From Candidatus Methylomirabilia bacterium (GTDB lineage: Bacteria; Methylomirabilota; Methylomirabilia; Rokubacteriales; CSP1-6): a DNA stretch of 12,758 nt. Shown here one piece after another: positions 1 through 6,730 of the stretch (position 1 is the stretch's first letter; each line of letters starts with the position of its first letter). The notes under the pieces were generated by a model. The model was not told the origin of the DNA. It was given only the letters and a program-made list of their open reading frames with translations, and made no database searches. Position numbers and translations under genes: made by a program. Where the stretch lies: positions 1-12,758 of the forward strand of contig JBGQHJ010000138.1 of NCBI GenBank assembly GCA_041497895.1. Reading direction: 5' to 3'.

Positions 1-257
1 AAGCAGCGATTCCGCTCCAGGAGCCAGTCGCGCTGGGCCTGCTTGGCGCCGATGGCCACCACCGGCTCCCGGGGCCCGGTGGCGAGACGGTAGAGGCGGG
101 CCGTCTCCGCCTCCAGGGCGGTGAGGAGCGGGGAGCCACAGATCAGCGCCTCGATCGATCGGGGCCGCGCGCCCGCGCACGTCGCGACCGGTCCGGCCGC
201 GGCGGCGAGCGTGGCCACCACCAGCACCACGCCGCCCGCCCCGACCGGCACCTTCAT
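1..257 (-). CDS. Secreted LprI/DUF1311-like (lysozyme inhibitor family) protein, 5' part only; runs off the window
   Basis: Not in the ORF track; translated by hand from ATG 257: MKVPVGAGGVVLVVATLAAAAGPVATCAGARPRSIEALICGSPLLTALEAETARLYRLATGPREPVVAIGAKQAQRDWLLERNRC... Signal-peptide-like N-terminus, then the C...E..IC....L..L......Y...Q+.WL..R+.C pattern of LprI-type domains. Starts 9 nt after the stop of the 267-707 gene. Confidence 0.75.
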   Translation of the reverse strand, partial: MKVPVGAGGVVLVVATLAAAAGPVATCAGARPRSIEALICGSPLLTALEAETARLYRLATGPREPVVAIGAKQAQRDWLLERNRC

Positions 258-266
258 GCGGCCGGG

Positions 267-707
267 TTACTTCTTGAGCTCGGCCGCCGCCCGATCGTAG
301 GCCGTCGCCAGATCGCGATAGGCGTTGGCGAAGCCTTCCTTGGCTCGCTCCCAGGACGCCTTGCTGGCCCGGCTCAGCTCACCGAGCTTCCGGGAGGCCT
401 CCGCGCGCTTGGCCCGGAGGTCCTTGAGCTGCGCCTGCGCCTTGGCCTTCGCCTCGCCCGTCTCCTTCGCGGCCCGCGCCTCCAGCTCCTTGATCCGGGC
501 GTCCAGGTCGGCGGCGAGCTGCTTGGCGTGGGCCACCGCCTCGTCCTTCTTCTCCACCGAGTAGTCCCGGATGGCCTCGCCGGTCTCGGTCGCCTTCTGG
601 CCGACGTCCTTGCCGGTGGTCTGGGTCCATCCGGGCCGGGCGGAGCCGACCAGCAGGGCGAGGGTGAGCCCGATCACCAGGGACGCGGTCGTCGTGACGT
701 CGCGCAT
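267..707 (-). CDS. Secreted/periplasmic Ala/Lys/Glu-rich helical (coiled-coil) hypothetical protein, 146 aa
   Basis: ATG 707 with AAGGAG SD at 720-715. Hydrophobic signal peptide ending near PGWT/Q, then a long amphipathic helical region ending 'ASWERAKEGFANAYRDL'. Confidence 0.85.
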   Translation of the reverse strand: MRDVTTTASLVIGLTLALLVGSARPGWTQTTGKDVGQKATETGEAIRDYSVEKKDEAVAHAKQLAADLDARIKELEARAAKETGEAKAKAQAQLKDLRAKRAEASRKLGELSRASKASWERAKEGFANAYRDLATAYDRAAAELKK

Positions 708-727
708 GGGTGGTCTCCTTGCGCGAG

Positions 728-733
728 ATTATA
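728..733 (-). promoter_or_regulatory. Perfect sigma70 -10 hexamer (TATAAT) for the 707/257 operon
   Basis: ATTATA on + at 728-733 is TATAAT on -, 7 nt upstream of the AAGGAG SD. Conspicuous in this GC-rich background. No good -35 at canonical spacing. Confidence 0.6.
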
Positions 734-748
734 CCGTCCGGGGCGAAC

Positions 749-778
749 TTGACAGGCCGCGGTAGGGCGGCCGATGAT
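749..778 (+). promoter_or_regulatory. Putative sigma70-type promoter for the HD-domain gene
   Basis: TTGACA (749-754), 18-nt spacer, GATGAT (773-778), upstream of ATG 813. Confidence 0.5.
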
Positions 779-812
779 GGCCCAGGTCACGCGCTCAAGG
801 GGGGGCGCCGCG

Positions 813-1550
813 ATGACGACACTGCAACGGGCCGAGGCCGCCGAGCACGCGCTGAGTCAGGAGCTCGACCGGGTGGTGGTGAAGTCGGTGCTGTTCACCT
901 CCGGCGAGCGGGATCCCCGCCAGCCGATCACGCGGCCCCCGGACGACGGTCGGCTCTACATGATGGGTCACGACCCCCGGCTGCCGAAGATGCCGGACCG
1001 GCCGACGCTCTTCGACTTCTTCCGCCTCCGCTTCGGTCCCTCCGCGCACCTGATGCAGAGCGCGCGCCTGGCCATGAAGAACGGCGTCGACGAGAAGATC
1101 GTCCTGGCGTGCCTGCTGCACGACATCGCCATCGCCGGCTTCATCCGCTCCGATCACGGGTACTGGAGCGCCCAGCTGCTGGAGCCGTACGTCGACGAGG
1201 AGGTGGCGTGGGGCATCCGGTACCACCAGGCCCTGCGCTTCTTCCCCGACGAGTCGGTCGGCTACCGGTATCCCGAGCTCTACCTGAAGCTCTTCGGACC
1301 GGACTACGTGCCGGAGCCCCACATTCAGGAGGCCTACCGGTACGCCCGCAACCACAAGTGGTACATGACCTCGCGACTCATCACCGTGAACGACCTCTAT
1401 GCCTTCGACCCCACCGTCCAGGTGGAGCTGGACGAGTTCACGGACGTGGTGGGACGCCACTTCCGGCAGCCGAAGGAAGGGCTCGGCTTCGACCAGAGCC
1501 CCTCGGCGCACATGTGGCGCACCATCAACTGGCCCACCCGGTACCTGTAG
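813..1550 (+). CDS. HD-domain metalloprotein (PhnZ/MIOX-like diiron oxygenase or phosphohydrolase), about 245 aa
   Basis: Motifs AHLMQSA, LLHD, SDHG, RYHQ, VND give the H..HD..H..H..D ligand set. ATG 813 is preferred over 774 because of the purine-rich AAGGGGGGG upstream and because 774 overlaps the putative -10. Confidence 0.85.
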   Translation: MTTLQRAEAAEHALSQELDRVVVKSVLFTSGERDPRQPITRPPDDGRLYMMGHDPRLPKMPDRPTLFDFFRLRFGPSAHLMQSARLAMKNGVDEKIVLACLLHDIAIAGFIRSDHGYWSAQLLEPYVDEEVAWGIRYHQALRFFPDESVGYRYPELYLKLFGPDYVPEPHIQEAYRYARNHKWYMTSRLITVNDLYAFDPTVQVELDEFTDVVGRHFRQPKEGLGFDQSPSAHMWRTINWPTRYL

Positions 1551-1563
1551 CCGCGGGCCACCC

Positions 1564-2763
1564 TCAGAAGAAGAGGGCGAGGGGGCGCACGCCCACCTCG
1601 AGCAGACGGAGCTCGGCCAGGTAGGCCTCGAGGTGCTGGCAGACGAACTCCGCCGCGAACGAGCGGGAGTCGTCGAGCTGCCCCGCGAATGTGGTCACGC
1701 CCGCCCGAGCCTGCCGGTAGTCGATCGCCCGGATCTTCTCCACGATCAAGGGGATCAGCCGCTCGAGCCACGCGCCGCGGGGCGCGTAGAGGGACGGGAT
1801 CGCCACGAGCTCGTCCACCTGCCAGGCGTGGGTGACGACGTCGTTGGTGTTGCGCAGGTGGTGGTGGTCTGCGCCCAGCACCTCGTCGATCCGGGCGGCC
1901 AGCCCGGCATTGCCCGGCGTCGGCCCCGCGAACGCGTGACAGGACACGCGGGCACCGCGGCCGCCGTCCCATCGCTCGGCAAGGTCGGCGGAGGTGAGCA
2001 GCTCGCGCAGCCAGAGCGCGACCACCGGGGCCAGCGCCCCGCCCTTGCTGTGGCCGGTGATGACGACGTCGATCGGCCCGTCGGCGGCGCGCGTTTCGGC
2101 GGTGAGGAAGCCCAGGAGATCGAGCCCGCCGCCGTCCGACGGGGCCGGGACCGAGCGGGGGCGCAGGTTCTCCCAGCGCAGCGCGGTCGCGCGTCGCAGG
2201 CGCTCGACCTGGTCGCGAAGCCACATGGTGGGCTCGCTCACGAGCCGTCGCCACGCGGCCTCGATGTCGGCGACCTGGCTCTGCATCGCGTCCGGGCTCG
2301 CCTCGAGCCGGCCCGGCGCGGGCTGCGCCTCGAGCGCGATCCGCGGCGCGCGCATCGCCTGCAGCTTGGAGAGCCCGAGCGCGGTGCTCGCGGAGATCGC
2401 CACCCCATCGGCACCGGACGCGTAGGGCCAGGCCACCGTCGTGCCCACCCAGAAGTCGCCGAGCAGCCAGTCCGAGGCCGCGATCGGGTTGGTGCCGCGG
2501 ATGGCCACCACGTACCGCGATGGCTCCCGCCGGCTCTGCACCACGTACATCGCGGCGGCGTCGAAGAGGTCGGGCGCGCTGCGGCTCGTCACCGGGCCCC
2601 ACACGAGCGTCCACTCTCCGCGAACCGGCGGCAGGGTGTGGAGGCCGTCGAGCAGGGCCTCCCGGACCGATTCGGCGTGCGGCTCTCCGCGCAGGAGGTC
2701 GTGGAATCCGCGGTAGGCGAGGCCGGCGAGGGTCAGCATGACCTGGTCACCGGTGAAGCCCAT
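1564..2763 (-). CDS. Class 3 lipase (Lipase_3) family alpha/beta hydrolase, about 399 aa
   Basis: VVAIRGTNP (oxyanion/lid), VVITGHSKGGALA (nucleophile elbow), FAGPTPGN, NTNDVV (Asp), QHLEAY (His). Start ATG 2763 preferred; the track's TTG 2799 coincides with a TTGACA -35. Confidence 0.88.
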   Translation of the reverse strand: MGFTGDQVMLTLAGLAYRGFHDLLRGEPHAESVREALLDGLHTLPPVRGEWTLVWGPVTSRSAPDLFDAAAMYVVQSRREPSRYVVAIRGTNPIAASDWLLGDFWVGTTVAWPYASGADGVAISASTALGLSKLQAMRAPRIALEAQPAPGRLEASPDAMQSQVADIEAAWRRLVSEPTMWLRDQVERLRRATALRWENLRPRSVPAPSDGGGLDLLGFLTAETRAADGPIDVVITGHSKGGALAPVVALWLRELLTSADLAERWDGGRGARVSCHAFAGPTPGNAGLAARIDEVLGADHHHLRNTNDVVTHAWQVDELVAIPSLYAPRGAWLERLIPLIVEKIRAIDYRQARAGVTTFAGQLDDSRSFAAEFVCQHLEAYLAELRLLEVGVRPLALFF

Positions 2764-2769
2764 GGCCAC

Positions 2770-2799
2770 ACCATCGGGCGGTAGGCGACCGTCTGTCAA
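2770..2799 (-). promoter_or_regulatory. Putative sigma70-type promoter giving a leaderless lipase mRNA
   Basis: Minus strand: TTGACA (2799-2794), 18 nt, GATGGT (2775-2770), 6 nt, ATG (2763). No SD. Confidence 0.5.
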
Positions 2800-2838
2800 C
2801 TCGAAGGTGTCCTTACTCGGTGCGCCCGGGCGATCGGA

Positions 2839-3159
2839 TCAGTGGGCGCCGACGGCCGCGCGGCCGCCGGTCAGGTGCTGCGCGGGGAGGCTCGCCAGGA
2901 AGAGGACGACGAGGCCGTCGCTGTCCACGCGCCAGACCACGCCCGAGACCTGTAGCGCGCGGCCCTCGGGCGGCACCATGTGCAGCTGCACCGGCGTGCC
3001 GGGCTGCAGCGTGCCGCGGGGGCGCAGCTTGGCTCCGTGGGCACTGAGGTCGACGGTGTGATGGCGGACCCGGTGCGAGCCGGACTTGATCCAGACCGTC
3101 CACGACACCCCGGCCCGGGGCTGGCGACGACGCGATCGATGATGCTTCGGAGGAGTCAT
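2839..3159 (-). CDS. Single-domain PilZ protein (c-di-GMP receptor), about 106 aa
   Basis: MTPPKHHRSRRRQPR carries RxxxR and TVDLSAHG carries DxSxxG, followed by beta-barrel strands (GVVWRVDSDGLVVLF). ATG 3159 lies just downstream of the sigma54 motif. Confidence 0.85.
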   Translation of the reverse strand: MTPPKHHRSRRRQPRAGVSWTVWIKSGSHRVRHHTVDLSAHGAKLRPRGTLQPGTPVQLHMVPPEGRALQVSGVVWRVDSDGLVVLFLASLPAQHLTGGRAAVGAH

Positions 3160-3174
3160 GATCCGGCATTCCAG

Positions 3175-3190
3175 AGCAAGGGCCGCGCCA
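3175..3190 (-). promoter_or_regulatory. Sigma54 (RpoN) -24/-12 promoter upstream of the PilZ gene
   Basis: Minus strand reads TGGCGCGGCCCTTGCT against consensus TGGCACG-N4-TTGCW, with exact GG-N10-GC spacing and the correct orientation. Confidence 0.7.
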
Positions 3191-3305
3191 GGGTCGGGGG
3201 CCCGCCGAATCGGGACGTTACGGATCCGGCCGCGCGCCGGGACCAACGAACCTCGTCACGTCGCTACCAGGATCGGAGCCCGGCACGTTCGGCCGCGCAG
3301 AATCT

Positions 3306-3330
3306 CCGCGACGTTTCTTCCCGGTCGCGG
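3306..3330 (-). terminator. GC-rich hairpin just downstream of the HpaB-like stop (possible terminator or stabiliser)
   Basis: CCGCGAC (3306-3312) pairs with GTCGCGG (3324-3330), 11-nt loop, 6 nt after stop 3337. No strong U-tract. Confidence 0.3.
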
Positions 3331-3336
3331 GTCGGC

Positions 3337-4908
3337 TCAGGCCTGCCGCGGCGGCAGCGAGGTGGCCGCGTAGGTCCCGGCCATCCCGCGCGTGTCCGGC
3401 TGGTACGGCACCGGGGAGCCGGGATCGGCGGGGGTGATCGGCAGGGGCACGCCGTCGCGGTGCCCGAGCGCGCGTTCGACCAGCTCGAGCAGCGGGGCCC
3501 GGTCGTACTGCGCGTAGAAGCCGGCGGTGAGGCGGATCGGGTCGCCGGAGTAGAAGCGTACGTACTGGGCCATGCGCTGGGCGAAGGCCTCGCCGGTGGC
3601 GTCCCACGCGAGCTTGAAGAGCGCGACGCGCTCCTCGGCGGAGACGCCGGCACGGCCCCGAACGTAGCGGTCGATGTGGGGCCGCAGCTCGGGGCTCGCG
3701 AGATCGGCCTCGCTCGGCGCGTAGAAGAAGCCGCCCGCCGCGAGGGTCTGCACGATCTCGACGAAGCGGCTGTAGACCTTGCCGGTCTGCAGGTGGAAGG
3801 CGCGCAGGCCGGGCCCGCCCGGCACCCACACCCCGCTCGGCAGCCGCCGGGCCATCGCCTCCGAGCCGTAGAAGACCGCGCGGGCGATCTCCATGTGGCT
3901 CAGCATCTCGCCGAGCTTCTCCTGCACGTGGAGAAAGCCGGTGATGCCGATGGCGTCGGCCACCTTCATGGCGAGGCCGCAGAAGAACTCGAGCTGGCTC
4001 AGCATGCGGGCGCTGGTCTGCACGTTGAGCAGCGCCCCGTAGTCGGCCCCCATGGTGTTGATGACCTGGGCGCTCCCCGGGCTGCCGTCCACCATCACCC
4101 GGTCCCACGGCACCAGCACGTCCTCGAAGACCGCGATGCAGTCCATCTCCTCGAAGCGGCTCGAGAGCGGATGGTCGAAGCGCGAGCGCGGCAGCGGTGA
4201 CACCGTCTCGCGACAGATGAAGGTGAGGCCCGGCGTGGCGGTGGGGATGGAGAAGGCGAGCGCGTAGGCGTCGTCGCCCGGGGGGACCCCGCCGAACGGG
4301 ATCACCGCGACCTCCTCGGTGAGGGGGGCCATGGTCCCGAGCATCTTGGCCCCGCGCACCACGATGCCGTCGGGCGTCTCGCGCACGCGCCCCAGGTGGA
4401 GGTAGGGATCCTCCTGCTCGGCCGACGTCTTGCTGCGGTCGATCTGGGGGTTGATGAGCATGTGGGTGAGGAAGAGGTCGTGCTCCCGCACGTGCTCGTA
4501 GTAGCGGGTGGCGTTGTCCCCGAAGCGCGCGCCGGCGCGGGCGAAGCGGTCGGCCATCAGGTGCCAGCCGGTCACGAACTGGTTCATGAAGTCGGGCGAC
4601 CGCCCCATGAAGCCGAAGTTGTGATCGGCGCGTAGCTTGAAGTGCTGGCGCTTCTTGACCAGCTCCTCGCGCGTGCGCGGGACCAGGAACGAGGTGGAGA
4701 CCGGCTCGCCGGTCGTGGGCGACGGGTAGGTCATCACGTCGCGGTAGGCCGGGTCGCGCTGCATGTCGTACTGCTCGGCGATGGCGCGGATCGGCTCCTG
4801 GAAGACCGGCTCGGCGGTCACGTCGGTGATGCGCCGGCCCCCCAGATAGACGCTCGAGACCTGCTTCCGGATCGACTCGACGTACTCGCGTCCGCTGCGG
4901 GCTGGCAT
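3337..4908 (-). CDS. hpaB: 4-hydroxyphenylacetate 3-hydroxylase family (HpaB-like) two-component flavin monooxygenase, oxygenase subunit, 523 aa
   Basis: Family motifs: RSGREYVESIR, GRSPDF, THMLINPQIDRS, GIVVRGAKMLGT, DHPLSSRFEEMDCIAVFEDVLVPWDRV, HVQEKLGEM, RVALFKLAWD, RFYSGDP. Substrate is not necessarily 4-HPA. Confidence 0.92.
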   Translation of the reverse strand: MPARSGREYVESIRKQVSSVYLGGRRITDVTAEPVFQEPIRAIAEQYDMQRDPAYRDVMTYPSPTTGEPVSTSFLVPRTREELVKKRQHFKLRADHNFGFMGRSPDFMNQFVTGWHLMADRFARAGARFGDNATRYYEHVREHDLFLTHMLINPQIDRSKTSAEQEDPYLHLGRVRETPDGIVVRGAKMLGTMAPLTEEVAVIPFGGVPPGDDAYALAFSIPTATPGLTFICRETVSPLPRSRFDHPLSSRFEEMDCIAVFEDVLVPWDRVMVDGSPGSAQVINTMGADYGALLNVQTSARMLSQLEFFCGLAMKVADAIGITGFLHVQEKLGEMLSHMEIARAVFYGSEAMARRLPSGVWVPGGPGLRAFHLQTGKVYSRFVEIVQTLAAGGFFYAPSEADLASPELRPHIDRYVRGRAGVSAEERVALFKLAWDATGEAFAQRMAQYVRFYSGDPIRLTAGFYAQYDRAPLLELVERALGHRDGVPLPITPADPGSPVPYQPDTRGMAGTYAATSLPPRQA

Positions 4909-4952
4909 GGCGCCAACCTTTCACGAAACGCGCCGTCAAGTCAACCGGCGGC

Positions 4953-4981
4953 TCGACAGGCCGGCGCGCGGATGGCAGAAT
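4953..4981 (+). promoter_or_regulatory. Putative sigma70 promoter for the flavin reductase
   Basis: TCGACA (4953-4958), 17 nt, CAGAAT (4976-4981) with an extended -10 TGn. Confidence 0.5.
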
Positions 4982-5036
4982 CCGCCGAGAGACATCGAGC
5001 GTCACCCCCGAACCTCAACCGACGACGGAGCGCGCC

Positions 5037-5540
5037 ATGGACGCCAACGTGAAGAAGACGGTGCTGCGGATGATTCCCTACGGCCTCTACGTGCTGACCG
5101 CTCGGGGCAAGGACGACGCGGTGGCCGCGGCCACCGTGAACTGGGTGACCCAGGCCTCGTTCGCGCCGCCCCTGGTGGTGGTGGGGGTGAAGACGGACTC
5201 GCACGCGCACGCCCTGATCAAGGAGTCGAGGGCCTTCGCGCTCAACGTGCTCGGGCAGGGCCAGCAGGCGATGGCCTTCGCGTTCTTCAAGCCGGCGACC
5301 CGCGAGGGCCAGACGATCTCGGGCGAGCCGTTCCGCTGGGGCGCCACCGGTGCGCCGATCCTCGAGCGCACCCCCGCCTTCGTCGAGTGCCGGCTGGTGG
5401 ACACCGTCGAGCGCGGCGACCACTCGGTGTTCGTGGGCGAGGTGGTGGAGGCGGGCCAGGCCCGGCCGATCGAGGGGCGCGCGGACGACGCGACCCTGTG
5501 GCTCAAGGCGCTGGGTCCCAACGTCTTCTACGGGGGGTAG
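5037..5540 (+). CDS. Flavin reductase family protein (HpaC/RutF/DIM6-NTAB-like), 167 aa
   Basis: IPYGLYVLT, NWVTQASFAPPLVVVGV, FALNVL, GAPIL, GDHSVFVGEV. GGAG SD at 5027-5030. Confidence 0.92.
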   Translation: MDANVKKTVLRMIPYGLYVLTARGKDDAVAAATVNWVTQASFAPPLVVVGVKTDSHAHALIKESRAFALNVLGQGQQAMAFAFFKPATREGQTISGEPFRWGATGAPILERTPAFVECRLVDTVERGDHSVFVGEVVEAGQARPIEGRADDATLWLKALGPNVFYGG

Positions 5541-5550
5541 CGGCCAGCGA

Positions 5551-5585
5551 CCCCTCACCCTGCCCTCTCCCCAGGGGGGAGAGGG
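5551..5585. repeat. BoxC/REP-like palindromic extragenic element between convergent genes; may double as a bidirectional terminator
   Basis: CCCCTCACCCTG pyrimidine-rich tail, then a perfect 10-bp stem CCCTCTCCCC (5563-5572) / GGGGAGAGGG (5576-5585) with an AGG loop. Abuts the TAA of the downstream gene. Confidence 0.75.
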
Positions 5586-6716
5586 TTACGTGGAGGCGAG
5601 CTTCAGCAGGTCGCCGATGGTGGCGGAGGCCTTGAGGCCGGAGCCGGTGAGCACGAGGACGGTGTCCTCCTGGGGGCGGATGACCCCGCTCGAGAGGAGG
5701 CGGGTCAGCCCGGCCGCGGCGGCGGCCGCGGTGGGCTCGACGTAGAGACCTCGGCGCGCCAGGTCGCGGAGCGCCCCCACGATCTCCGCCTCCTCCACCG
5801 CGACGACGCTGCCGCCGGATCCGCGGATCGCGCGCAGCACCTCGGGGCCGCGCGTCGGCCGGGGCGTGGCGATGCCCTCCGCCACCGTGGGCCGGACCTC
5901 GACCGGCCCGAGGGTCTCGACCCCGGCGCGGAAGGCGGCCTCGAAGGGCGCGCAGTGCGCGGCCTGCACGCCGAAGAGGCGGGGCCGCCGGCCGATCTCC
6001 CCCCCGCGCCGCAGCTCGTCGAAGCCGCGGTCGGCGCCGAGCACGTTGCTGCCGTAGCCGAGCGGCACCACCACGTTGTCGGGCGCGCGGAAGCCCGACT
6101 GCTCCCACAGCTCGTAGGCCAGGGTCTTGGTGCCCTCCACGAAGAAGGGCTGCCAGTTGTGGCTCGCGTAGAAGAGCTCCGCGCTTTGCCGGAGTGCGGC
6201 CTCGGCCACGTCCTGGCGCGTGCCCTTGATCGTCACCACGTCGGCCCCGCACGCCGCGATCTGGGCGATCTTGGGATAGGACGCGGTCTCCGGCACCAGG
6301 ATGCGGCACGCGAGGCCGGCCGCCGCCGCGTAGGCCGAGAGCGAGGCCCCCGCGTTGCCCGAGGAGTCCTCGAGCACGGAGGTGATCCCGCGACTCTTGA
6401 GATAGCTCACCATCACGGTCATGCCGCGGTCCTTGAAGGAGCCGGTCGGCATCATGAACTCGAGCTTGAAGCGCACCGGCGCGTCGTGCCAGCGCCCGTC
6501 CAGGAGCGGGGTCCAGCCCTCGCCGAGGCTCACCGCGTGCTCGACGCCCACTCCGAGCCCGCGCGCGTAGCGCCACACCGAGCGGCGGCCCGGCTCGATG
6601 TCGCGGCGGGTGAGGCCCGGCCCCGGCGAGAGGTCGAGATAGTGACCGTTGTCGGCGCGCCAGCGCGGCTCGTCGAGCGGGTAGGTGCGGCCGGTGGAGG
6701 GGTCGACGTAGTGCAC
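5586..6716 (-). CDS. thrC: Threonine synthase-like PLP-dependent enzyme (fold type II), about 376 aa
   Basis: SLGEGWTPL, PTGSFKDRG (PLP lysine), EDSSGNAGAS, EGTKTLAYELWEQ, PLGYGSN, YVEPTAA, LTGSGLK. Probable GTG start 6716, 14 nt after the upstream stop. Confidence 0.85.
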   Translation of the reverse strand: MHYVDPSTGRTYPLDEPRWRADNGHYLDLSPGPGLTRRDIEPGRRSVWRYARGLGVGVEHAVSLGEGWTPLLDGRWHDAPVRFKLEFMMPTGSFKDRGMTVMVSYLKSRGITSVLEDSSGNAGASLSAYAAAAGLACRILVPETASYPKIAQIAACGADVVTIKGTRQDVAEAALRQSAELFYASHNWQPFFVEGTKTLAYELWEQSGFRAPDNVVVPLGYGSNVLGADRGFDELRRGGEIGRRPRLFGVQAAHCAPFEAAFRAGVETLGPVEVRPTVAEGIATPRPTRGPEVLRAIRGSGGSVVAVEEAEIVGALRDLARRGLYVEPTAAAAAAGLTRLLSSGVIRPQEDTVLVLTGSGLKASATIGDLLKLAST

Positions 6717-6730
6717 GGGCGCGGCTCGGG

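Noticed and set aside
3160..3336. Possible c-di-GMP riboswitch or sRNA upstream of PilZ
   Set aside because: No recognisable GEMM-type motifs or tetraloop/receptor pattern by eye, and the predicted sigma54 start leaves no leader. An Rfam/Infernal scan would settle it.
4908..4923. TGGCGCCAACCTTTCA, a sigma54-like motif on + toward the flavin reductase
   Set aside because: The conserved G of the -12 GC is absent (TTTC), it overlaps the hpaB start codon, and a better sigma70 promoter exists at 4953-4981.
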